From Clostridia bacterium (GTDB lineage Bacteria > Bacillota > Clostridia > UMGS1883 > UMGS1540): a stretch of 64,000 nt of DNA. Of this stretch, positions 1 through 8,961 are shown piece by piece (position 1 is the stretch's first letter; every line of letters begins with the position of its first letter). A program made the position numbers and the translations under genes. A model generated the notes under the pieces. That model worked only from the letters and a program-made list of their open reading frames with translations, did not search any database and was not told where the DNA came from. The stretch is taken from contig JAZSIR010000012.1 of NCBI GenBank assembly GCA_045533905.1, positions 1-64,000 on the forward strand, in the 5' to 3' direction.

Positions 1-74
1 AGTAAGTTAATAACCCAAGAAGATTATGATTTGCATATATGGATATAACCTTTTGTAAACTAATTAATTTAGGA

Positions 75-141
75 TTTTTGCCCTAACCTAACACGAACTA
101 CCAAGCTAAAACATTGTCATCTATATTATACAGTCATTATA
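75..141 (+). repeat. Intergenic junction repeat, copy A
   Basis: AACCTAACACGAACTA (85-100) matches 3474-3489 at 15/16; AAACATTGTCATCTATATTATACAGTCATTATA (109-141) matches 3497-3529 at 30/33. Confidence 0.85.
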
Positions 142-179
142 GTAAAGAATGTCGAATATTGTAGAAAGAGGTAAAATAA

Positions 180-935
180 ATGAAACAAACAGAAATTTTA
201 ATAAAGTCAACTGTAGATTATTCTATGCAACCATCATTGTTTTATAAATCGGAAACATGTGAAAAAAGACCGTTATTGGTGGGATTACATACATGGAGCC
301 ACGACAGATTTAATCAAATAAATAATATGCTACCATATGCAGAAAAATATGATTTTAATTTGTTGTTGCCGGAATTTAGAGGAAACAATTTAAAAACAAA
401 TCCTAATAGTACACAGGCATGCGGTTCTGAATTTGCAAAACAAGATATAAAAGATGCTATTGATTACATAATAGCGAACGAAAATATTGATAAAGATAAT
501 ATATTCTTATTAGGTCTTAGCGGCGGTGGGCATATGTCTTTGTTAATGGCAGGGTTTTGCCCTGAATATTTTAAAGCTATTGGGGCATATGTGCCGATTA
601 CAGACCTTGAAAAATGGACAAATCAAAACGCAAATTATCGTGATCATGTTTTGGCTTGTTGCAGTAACGATGATAAAGAAATGAAAAAAAGATCGCCTTT
701 TAACTACATAGAAAATATTGCAAAAGCAAATCTTAAAATTTTCCATGGTAAATTTGACTCTGTCGTTCCGGTGTCGCAAAGTATAGAATTATATGAGAGT
801 ATAATGTTGAAGTATCCGGATGCTCGCGTATTTCTTGATATTTTTGATGGCGGTCATGAAATTGATATGGAAACGGCTATGTATTGGATTATGTCGCAAT
901 ACCGAGGCTCAAATAAAACAACGGTCACTGGCTGA
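180..935 (+). CDS. Alpha/beta hydrolase (peptidase S9/esterase-like)
   Basis: GLSGGG nucleophile elbow, HGKFDSVVP (Asp) and GGHE (His); AGAGG RBS. Confidence 0.85.
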   Translation: MKQTEILIKSTVDYSMQPSLFYKSETCEKRPLLVGLHTWSHDRFNQINNMLPYAEKYDFNLLLPEFRGNNLKTNPNSTQACGSEFAKQDIKDAIDYIIANENIDKDNIFLLGLSGGGHMSLLMAGFCPEYFKAIGAYVPITDLEKWTNQNANYRDHVLACCSNDDKEMKKRSPFNYIENIAKANLKIFHGKFDSVVPVSQSIELYESIMLKYPDARVFLDIFDGGHEIDMETAMYWIMSQYRGSNKTTVTG

Positions 936-939
936 TATA

Positions 940-966
940 TTTTCGATTCTAATTTGACATAAACCA
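940..966 (+). repeat. Degenerate junction repeat (core only)
   Basis: TTTTCGATTCTAATTTGACATAAACCA just after the stop codon; 11/16 match to the core of copy B. Confidence 0.5.
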
Positions 967-1026
967 TGAGAATGACAAACATTAATAAAAGATAAATTTA
1001 GCAATAATATAAAGAGGAGATATAAT

Positions 1027-1662
1027 ATGTTTAAAAATCATTGGAAAGACAAATTGTGGTATGCATATGGAACATCTATGACAAGCGTACAACAAGGAGA
1101 GTATGTACCTGTTGTTGAAAAACTTTCAGGACTAAAGGTTGTAAACAAAGGAATTCCTGGTGGTTCTTTGACTCCAGACGGGTATGGAAAAGGGAATACC
1201 AAAACAGCAATTATGAATTTAGAGGACGGTAAAGAGAAAGCTGACCTTATTACGATAGATGTATTGCCGAATGAGGGGAAAAATGTTGGTGAAATTTATG
1301 ATACGGATGATGAAACGTTTTGTGGCTGTCTCAACCAATGCCTGAGATATTTACAAGAAAACACAAAGGCACAAATTGTATTAATAATAATGATTGGGGG
1401 AAATGAGAATCCGCCTGAAAAAGAAACTGAGACGAGAAAAATCACTCAATTTGAATTTGCACAGAAAATAGAACTTGTTGCAAAACTCAATTCCGTTCCT
1501 GTTATAAATGTCTTCTGCGAATCAGGGTTTGGTTATGCAAGAGTGAAAAACAGGGAATATCAACTTGACAATATCCATCTAAACAAATTAGGAGGATTAA
1601 ATATGGGTAATTTTGTTTGGAGTAAACTTAAAGATATTCCCTTATGGGAAACAGAATTATAG
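1027..1662 (+). CDS. SGNH/GDSL hydrolase family protein
   Basis: YGTSMT (block I), NKGIPG (block II), DNIHLN (block V); GAGGAG RBS. Confidence 0.8.
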   Translation: MFKNHWKDKLWYAYGTSMTSVQQGEYVPVVEKLSGLKVVNKGIPGGSLTPDGYGKGNTKTAIMNLEDGKEKADLITIDVLPNEGKNVGEIYDTDDETFCGCLNQCLRYLQENTKAQIVLIIMIGGNENPPEKETETRKITQFEFAQKIELVAKLNSVPVINVFCESGFGYARVKNREYQLDNIHLNKLGGLNMGNFVWSKLKDIPLWETEL

Positions 1663-1670
1663 TTTTTTTA

Positions 1671-1982
1671 CTCGTGTCAAGTCCTTACAATTTAAAAGAT
1701 TAGTTTGCCGATTTTGATATTTACATATATTATAATATTTACAATAAAGCCTTGCAGAGCAAGTCTTTGCGGCTTTGCCGCTAATGTGCTTCGCACATTT
1801 TGCAATATTGACGGCTTCGTAAAAATGCCCTTGCAAGCAAGCATTTTTACTTATGGTAACGGGAGCGAGAAAATCCAGTATTCTCGCGGGTTCTAATGAA
1901 TTTTGTTTAGAAAAAATGCAGTGAAAAATTAAGGGGAAAATACTAGGTCTTATTATTCACTGTTCTCCAGTCTTGACACGAG
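1671..1982. mobile_element. Non-coding element with 11-bp terminal inverted repeats (MITE-like) and four internal hairpins
   Basis: CTCGTGTCAAG (1671-1681) / CTTGACACGAG (1972-1982); stems at 1746-1776, 1783-1799, 1819-1850 and 1865-1887; no target-site duplication seen. Confidence 0.6.
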
Positions 1983-2025
1983 ATTATAAAAGAATGTCAA
2001 ATGTTGTCGAAAGCGAGGAAGATGA

Positions 2026-3462
2026 ATGAAAAAAACATATATAACATCGATGCCAAACCATATTGGTGCATTTTTAAAAGCGAGCAAGTGCTTTTCGGCA
2101 TTAGGAATTAACATTACTCGTGTAAGTTACAATAAAGCTGTAGATTCGCATACGTTGTTTATAGATGCAGAAGGAACAGAGGAACAACTGAAAAAAGCAG
2201 ATAGTGAACTTGAGAAGATTGGTTATCTTCAAAATAACAACTCAAAAACAAGCATTGTTTTATTGGAGTTTTGTCTGAAGGATGTTCCAGGTAGTGTTAC
2301 GGATGTTTTGACTCTTATTAACAAATTTAACTTTAATATATCATATATAAGCTCACAAGAGAATGGGACAAATTATCAGTATTTTAAGATGGGATTGTAT
2401 GTTGATGATTCGCAAAAAATATCTGAATTTTTGAAGGAAGTTGAAAAAATATGCAAAGTTCGAATGATAGAGTATAACAGCTCAGAGAAGGTTTATGATA
2501 ACAGTATTTTTTACAATACATATGTTATGGGCCTGGCTCAGATTATGGGTTTAACTACCGATATAAGCAAAGAGCTTTTAGTACATGTAAATCTTGCTAT
2601 GCAGACATTGGACGAACAGGGGTTGTCCCCATATCGCACCTTTGACAGCATCAGCAAATTTGCAGAATTGCTTGGGGCTTCAAAAGGAAGGAATTTTTCA
2701 CCACGCATAACTAAACACAAAATCACCGAAAAAACCGAGATAATATTGATAGAACCTCCTTGCGGAAGTAATACAATCATTATAAACAGCGACAGAAAAT
2801 ATTTGTTTATAGACAGCGGTTATGCTTGCTATAAAGAAGAAATGTTAAGCGTATTTAAAGAAATTATACCTGAATTCAATGAGATTAAAAAAACAATACT
2901 TATAACGCATGCCGATGTTGACCATTGTGGACTGTTGCCTGTATTTGATGAGGTTATTGCCAGTCATAAAACTGCAATGTGCTTAAACAAAGAATATAAT
3001 GAGAAAAACGGGTACAGGGAGGAAAATCCCCTGCACAAACCTTATATTAATATTTGCAAATTACTTACTTCGTATAAAACGGTAAATCCCAACAAGGTTA
3101 CAGCATTGTGGGATGATGTGGAAAAGCCTGCAGAACCTCTTACTCAAATTGGTTTTTTTGATTTTGGAGAACTGCATTTTGAGGTGTATGAGGGTCAGGG
3201 CGGACATCTTCCTGGAGAAATAGTTCTTATTGACTATCGAAATCATATTGCAATTACCGGGGATATTTATATTAACATCCATGGATTAACTCAAGAACAG
3301 GCAGAATACAACCAATATGCACCTATACTTATGACATCTGTTGATACTAATCCTGAGCTTTGTGCAGAAGAACGAAAGGCAATCATGCAAAGACTTGGCG
3401 TTGGCAAATGGCAAATTTATGGGGCACATGGATTTAAAAAGGATTATTCAGTTAATGTATAA
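2026..3462 (+). CDS. Tandem ACT domains fused to an MBL-fold metallo-hydrolase
   Basis: ACT-like PNHIGAFL..GINIT and KDVPGSVT..NFNIS; MBL motifs IDSG, THADVDH, GHLPG, ITGD, GAHG. Confidence 0.8.
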   Translation: MKKTYITSMPNHIGAFLKASKCFSALGINITRVSYNKAVDSHTLFIDAEGTEEQLKKADSELEKIGYLQNNNSKTSIVLLEFCLKDVPGSVTDVLTLINKFNFNISYISSQENGTNYQYFKMGLYVDDSQKISEFLKEVEKICKVRMIEYNSSEKVYDNSIFYNTYVMGLAQIMGLTTDISKELLVHVNLAMQTLDEQGLSPYRTFDSISKFAELLGASKGRNFSPRITKHKITEKTEIILIEPPCGSNTIIINSDRKYLFIDSGYACYKEEMLSVFKEIIPEFNEIKKTILITHADVDHCGLLPVFDEVIASHKTAMCLNKEYNEKNGYREENPLHKPYINICKLLTSYKTVNPNKVTALWDDVEKPAEPLTQIGFFDFGELHFEVYEGQGGHLPGEIVLIDYRNHIAITGDIYINIHGLTQEQAEYNQYAPILMTSVDTNPELCAEERKAIMQRLGVGKWQIYGAHGFKKDYSVNV

Positions 3463-3529
3463 TTTTGCTGCTCAACTTAACACGAACTATTGCCAGAAAC
3501 ATTGGCATCTAGATTATACAGTCTTTATA
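3463..3529 (+). repeat. Intergenic junction repeat, copy B
   Basis: Begins immediately after the TAA at 3460-3462; matches copy A in two blocks. Confidence 0.85.
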
Positions 3530-3553
3530 AATTTGGCGGAAGGAGTAAATAAA

Positions 3554-6048
3554 ATGAAAAAGGTATTTTATATAAGAAAAACAGTATGCATATTTTTGAT
3601 GCTGGTGATTCTTGCTACGGCTTTGCCTGTACTTTCTTATGGTTCTACCGAAACGCAAGGCAGTTGTGGAGATAACCTTACCTGGAAACTTGAATACAGG
3701 GTGTTAACCATAAGTGGCAAGGGGCAATGAAGGAATATTCCTTTGAGGACCCTTCTCCTTGGGAAGGAAGATACGACATAGGCCAGGTTATTATCGAGGA
3801 AGGTGTTACAAGTATATCTTATTGTGCATTTTCTATGTGTTCATATATGACAAGTGTTTCTTTGCCCAAAAGCATGAAAAACATACACGAATACGCTTTT
3901 GCAGGCTGTGATGGGTTAAGAGAATTTTCGGTTCATATAGAAAATCCTTATTATAAAACAGTTGATAATGTGCTTTTTACAAAGGATATGTCAAAACTTA
4001 TTTTGTATGTAGGAACAGCCTCCGAATATACAATACCACAGGGAACAAAAATTCTGGCAAGTGGCTCGTTTGATAGTTACAGATTTAGTACATTACGCAT
4101 ACCGGCATCGGTTACTACTATTGAACACGGTGCTTTTTACGGAAATAACTCTGTAAAGGATATTTACTTTGGGGGCACGAAAAAGAGTTGGGACAAAATA
4201 TATGTTGAGTGGAACCCCGACCTTGATGTAACCTATAATGAAAAACTATATATGCATTTTGATAATGACCCTGATATGAACAAGGTAACATCAGTTGAGT
4301 TCACTCAAAGGGTTTATTATGTTATCAGGGGAGAAGAAGTAAATTTGGATGTAAATATATATCCGTCTAATGCTCCCTGTAAAGATGTTTTCTTTACATC
4401 CAGAAACGGTGCGTGCGTTTTAAACAGGAAAGGTAAGCTTGTTGCTATTGAAGTGGGCGAGGCAGAAATTGAGGTTGAAACATACGACAGCCATAAAACA
4501 GCAACCTGTAAGGTTATAGTTCAACATGAACCCGATTACGACCTTTCAGAAACTATTATTTTACCCGAACAAGAGGGTAAGGTTAATAAGAAAACAATTA
4601 ACCATAATGGTGATTACACGCAAATGAATTATCGCAGCGGAAAGCCAAATTACTCTCATCTAATGAAAACCGACATTTTTGATGTAACAAAAGATTCACT
4701 TTCGATTATAGATGGTACAAACGGATATTTAAGTATTGAAAAATACGATCATAATTACAATCTTTTGAGCAAGAAAACAATACAATTCGAACTACCTTTA
4801 TACGGAGGTTTTTACAGCGCCGAAAAATACAATTTTGTGGTTTTTGGACAGGACAACCCAAACGATGACGATAACGTAGAGGTAATAAGGATTGTAAAAT
4901 ACGACAAGGATTTTAACCGATTATCGTCTTGTTCTGTTAAAGCATGCGCGACTGCATATCCATTTAGATCAGGCTCGCTAAGAATGGATTTTGACGGAAA
5001 AACACTAGCAGTACACACAGCTAGGAAACACTACAAAAGTACAGGCGAAATTACTCCTGTAAACCACCAAGGCCAGCTTAGCCTTTTAATGGATGTTGAC
5101 ACAATGAAGATAAAAAATATTTTAACTACATTTCAGGAAAATCATGTTTCGCACTCGTTTAATCAGTTTGTGCAATATGATGGCGAAGATTTGTATTTTT
5201 TAGATCATGGCGACGCATATCCAAGATCGATAATTATGTTTCAAAGAAGAAAAGGCGCTTACACATCAAGGGAGCTTTATGGCTTAAGAGGTGAGATTGG
5301 AGATAATTATACGGGCGTATTTTTAGGTGGATTTTCTGTTGATAAAAATAATATACTTGTTGCCTTTAACAGCATAAATTATGCCGAAAAAGAAAAAATT
5401 GAATATGTAAAGGGCGAAACAAGGGATATTTTATTACTTAGTGCCGAAAAAAATGGCACCAAGATAACAACAAGAAGATTTACCGACTATTTAAGAGAAA
5501 ACAAAGTAGCTTCGTTTCCATATCTTGTAAAGGTTAAAGATGGAATGTATCTTCTTATGTGGGAAGAATTTTTATACAAGTACAGCGAACTTTGGGAAAG
5601 CAATGTAGGCTATACACAGGGCATTAAATATGTGCTTGTAAATGAATACGGCAAAAATCTTTCAAAGGTATTTTACGACAAAGATGCACATTTATCGGAA
5701 CAATGTCAGCCTGTAACAAATGGCAATAAAGTTTTTTGGTTTACAAACGGTGAAAATAACCAGAGTACATTTTACTCGTTATCTTTAGAAAATATATTGC
5801 CAAAGGCAAATGTAACTACAAAAAAGGAAGACGGTAAAATTACAGTTAGCCTTGAATATGCTCCTACAAATTCAATAGTAATTTTAGCACTATATAAAGA
5901 AAAGGCTTTAGTTTCTATTAAAAAGCAAGACTATGTGGGAGAAAATGTTGTTTTTGACATATCCGAAAATTATGATAATGCAGCCGTTTATGTATGGGAA
6001 AGTATTAACACTCTAAGGCCTGTTACAAAGAAGAGCGAAGTAAAATAA
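3554..6048 (+). pseudogene. BspA-like leucine-rich-repeat / Ig-like surface protein split by a 1-nt frameshift at the G4 run 3721-3724 (or a sequencing error)
   Basis: 3554-3730 encodes a signal peptide plus GSCGDNLTW..LTISGKG then stops; one extra G gives ISGKGAMKEY in frame with ORF 3727-6048 (LRR_5 repeats IEEGVTSI, IPASVTTI; Big_2-like domain). Confidence 0.75.
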
Positions 6049-6050
6049 TT

Positions 6051-6097
6051 TAATTTTGCTCTTAAGAACAAAATTTAGCGAAATAATCCTGCATCTA
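6051..6097 (+). repeat. Degenerate junction repeat at the right edge of the AT-rich array
   Basis: TAATTTTGCT identical to 3460-3469, then CTTAAGAAC (core lacking CAC) and GCATCTA at 6091-6097. Confidence 0.45.
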
Positions 6098-6143
6098 AAC
6101 CGTATATCCCTTATATACAAGAGCATAGCAAGGAGGCGCTTCT

Positions 6144-7130
6144 ATGAAGAAAAGAATTACGGCTATTATTGTGACGATGATGCTTTTGATATCCCCGCTG
6201 GAGTCTCTTGCATACGGCTGGATGTGGGGTGTCGGCTTTTTGCCGAGCTTTCCCGTCTCTGTGAACGAGCAGGAATATAATTATAACGAATACGAAACAT
6301 TTCCGCTGCTCGTAAACGGCGGGGTGACATATTTCCCGCTCACATACAATAACGCCATGCTCTTAAACCTCATTCCCGAATATCGCGAAAATCCCTTAAG
6401 TATCGCATACACAAGAGGGAATCCCGATGCGCCAAAGGAAATTTTTAAGAAGCTTCTTATAAAAAAGGTGGAAAATCCCGAGGAAGCGCAGACGATATAT
6501 AGAGACACAAATCTCTATCAAACGCACCACCCAAAGGCCGAAAGAAATGAAAACACGTGTAACTTTGGTACGACTATCACAAAGGAGTACTGCGAACTGT
6601 TTGATATAGAACTCACCATTGACGGGCAAAACATGGTCGAGCTTTCCGAATATCCGATTTTGTATTATCGAAACATATACTATATCCCGCTTTCGTGGCA
6701 GTTTGTGACAGAGGTTCTCGGCGGCACTGTCAGCTTTGATAGTGAAAAGGGCCTCCAGGTACGCGTGAATAATTATTTTACCACTTTAAACGAAACAGAA
6801 AAAATCACGTATACCGAAAACACCTTTGTGAGAAGTCATAGCGAAAACGCCACGTATTATATTAAAGATGACCTCACGGTTTCGCTGACAACGGGGTATT
6901 ATGAACTCACCGGCGCAAGTGAACAAAATCTAAAAATCAAAAAAGGCGATAACCTCTTGGTGCCGCAAGGCTGCTTTGGCGTATTGCAGGGAGAACCCGA
7001 GTTTACGCTCTCGCCGCAGTTTACCATTGACGGCACAAAAATCAAAACGTTTGTGTCCACTTCATATCGAGGACAAAATCCCGTGCCATGCATCGTGGAT
7101 ATAGAAACGGGAGACGTAACCGAACAATAA
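6144..7130 (+). CDS. Secreted hypothetical protein with a duplicated copper-amine-oxidase-N-terminal-like motif
   Basis: Signal peptide; FPLLVNGGVTYFPLT and YPILYYRNIYYIPLS repeats; AAGGAGG RBS. Confidence 0.7.
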   Translation: MKKRITAIIVTMMLLISPLESLAYGWMWGVGFLPSFPVSVNEQEYNYNEYETFPLLVNGGVTYFPLTYNNAMLLNLIPEYRENPLSIAYTRGNPDAPKEIFKKLLIKKVENPEEAQTIYRDTNLYQTHHPKAERNENTCNFGTTITKEYCELFDIELTIDGQNMVELSEYPILYYRNIYYIPLSWQFVTEVLGGTVSFDSEKGLQVRVNNYFTTLNETEKITYTENTFVRSHSENATYYIKDDLTVSLTTGYYELTGASEQNLKIKKGDNLLVPQGCFGVLQGEPEFTLSPQFTIDGTKIKTFVSTSYRGQNPVPCIVDIETGDVTEQ

Positions 7131-7206
7131 AAAAGAACTGATCTTTTAAGGCACCGGAAGGAACGGAAAAGGTCGGTTTTTTGCTGGGCAGAGACGACGG
7201 CTTTTC

Positions 7207-7235
7207 TTGACAAAATGATATACATATGATATACT
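7207..7235 (+). promoter_or_regulatory. Sigma-A promoter
   Basis: TTGACA-N17-TATACT with extended TG. Confidence 0.75.
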
Positions 7236-7271
7236 ATACTATTATTTGGATATATAGATTGGGGCAGTAGA

Positions 7272-8120
7272 ATGATTATAGCAGACGGTTGGAAAGATTA
7301 TGCACTTTTAGAAGCTGCAGATGGGGAAAAGGTAGAGCGCTGGGGCGATTTTGTTCTGCGCCGGCCGGACCCGCAGGCTATTTGGAAACTGGAGAAACCG
7401 CTTACCAAAAAGGTAGATGCATTTTATCACCGCAGCCGTGAGGGCGGCGGTCATTGGGAGTTTTTCAAAAAGCTTCCCGAAAGATGGACTGTTTCGGTGG
7501 ACGGGCTTTCCTTTTATGTGCGTCCCACCGGCTTTAAGCATACCGGTCTTTTTCCGGAGCAGGAGGCAAACTGGCGGTTTATTAAGGCGAATTCTCCTGA
7601 AAAAAGCCGCGTTCTGAATTTGTTTGCCTATACGGGCGGTGCCACGCTCGCGGCGCTCGCCGGGGGCGCGGATGTTGTGCACGTAGATGCCTCTAAAGGC
7701 ATGGTGGCCTGGGCGAAAGAAAACGTCGAGCTTTCCGGCCTTTCGGATCGCTTTGTCCGCTTTATGGTAGACGACTGCGAGAAGTTTGTGCAGCGTGAAA
7801 TCCGCCGCGGCAACCGCTATGACGGCATCATTATGGATCCGCCTTCTTACGGGCGCGGCCCGGGCGGTGAAATGTGGAAATTGGAAAATAAAATTTTTGA
7901 CCTTGTTTCCCTTTGCACACAAATTCTTTCCGATTCGCCCCGCTACTTTATTATAAATTCTTATACCACAGGGCTTGCGCCGACGGTACTTAAAAATATG
8001 CTTATGCTGACCGTTTGCAAAAAATACGGCGGCACGGCAATGGCTGACGAACTCGGCCTTCCTATTGGAAATAGTGGCCTTGTGCTTCCGTGCGGTTCTA
8101 CTGCAAGATGGGAGTGCTGA
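7272..8120 (+). CDS. Class I SAM-dependent methyltransferase (RlmI/YwbD-like)
   Basis: [25 protein letters not shown]. Confidence 0.9.
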   Translation: MIIADGWKDYALLEAADGEKVERWGDFVLRRPDPQAIWKLEKPLTKKVDAFYHRSREGGGHWEFFKKLPERWTVSVDGLSFYVRPTGFKHTGLFPEQEANWRFIKANSPEKSRVLNLFAYTGGATLAALAGGADVVHVDASKGMVAWAKENVELSGLSDRFVRFMVDDCEKFVQREIRRGNRYDGIIMDPPSYGRGPGGEMWKLENKIFDLVSLCTQILSDSPRYFIINSYTTGLAPTVLKNMLMLTVCKKYGGTAMADELGLPIGNSGLVLPCGSTARWEC

Positions 8121-8121
8121 T

Positions 8122-8961
8122 ATGATTCGACTCGAAAAGGCTTCGTATGTATATCCTGAAAGTGGGCATCCTGCCATCTGCGACGTGGATTTAGAAATTA
8201 AAAAAGGTGAATTCGTGGCGGTGCTCGGGCATAACGGCTCGGGTAAATCCACGCTTGCAAAGCTCCTAAACGGCATTTTGCTTCCCACAGAGGGGAAAGT
8301 CACCATCTCGGGTATAGACACGCGGGAAGAAGGCAAACTTCTGGAAATCCGCCGTGCCGTGGGGATGGTCTTTCAGAATCCTGACAATCAAATTGTTGCT
8401 ACCGTGGTGGAAGAGGATGTGGCCTTCGGCCCGGAAAACCTGGGTCTTCCTCCGGAAGAAATCCGCGCACGTGTAGACGCCGCGCTTCGAAGTGTGGATA
8501 TGTACGAATACAGAAAACATGCACCGCACCTTCTTTCAGGTGGGCAGAAACAAAGAGTTGCGATTGCCGGTATTATCGCGATGCGCCCTTCGTGCATTGT
8601 GCTGGATGAGCCGACTGCAATGCTTGACCCAAAAGGGCGGGAAGAGGTTATGGAAACACTACTTCGCCTTTGCCGTGAAGAGGGTATAACGATTGTTCTG
8701 ATTACACATTTTATGGAAGAGGCGGCACGGGCCGACCGTGTAATCGTAACAGAAGGCGGCCGCGTGATTATGGACGGTGCGCCCCGTGAAGCGCTCATAG
8801 AAAGCGAACGCCTTAAAAAGGCGCGGCTGGATACACCGGCGGTGACCGAGCTTCTGCGAAGGCTCCAGAAATGCGGTGTAGAAATCAAAACCGACAGTAT
8901 TGATGTGGAAAGCTGTGTGGAGAATATCTGCGCGGCATATGGAAAGGGAAATCGCAATTGA
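8122..8961 (+). CDS. ecfA1: ECF transporter ATPase A1
   Basis: [29 protein letters not shown]; synteny. Confidence 0.95.
   Translation: MIRLEKASYVYPESGHPAICDVDLEIKKGEFVAVLGHNGSGKSTLAKLLNGILLPTEGKVTISGIDTREEGKLLEIRRAVGMVFQNPDNQIVATVVEEDVAFGPENLGLPPEEIRARVDAALRSVDMYEYRKHAPHLLSGGQKQRVAIAGIIAMRPSCIVLDEPTAMLDPKGREEVMETLLRLCREEGITIVLITHFMEEAARADRVIVTEGGRVIMDGAPREALIESERLKKARLDTPAVTELLRRLQKCGVEIKTDSIDVESCVENICAAYGKGNRN

Noticed and set aside
1705-1896. 63-aa ORF inside the inverted-repeat element
   Set aside because: TTG start without an RBS; it runs through the hairpins and has no recognisable motif, so the region is better explained as structured non-coding DNA.
3341-3553. Upstream extension of ORF 3341-3730
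   Set aside because: It overlaps the MBL gene and the junction repeat; the RBS (GGAAGGAG) supports ATG 3554.
75-6097. Junction repeats as a CRISPR array or classical attC sites
   Set aside because: The repeats are separated by whole genes, not 30-40 bp spacers; no cas or intI gene is present; no RYYYAAC/GTTRRRY palindromic structure.
7308-8336. Long antisense ORFs (also 12932-13945, 18973-19920, 28961-29941, 30794-31711, 41964-43169)
   Set aside because: They are shadows of well-supported genes on the opposite strand, with no motifs or RBS.
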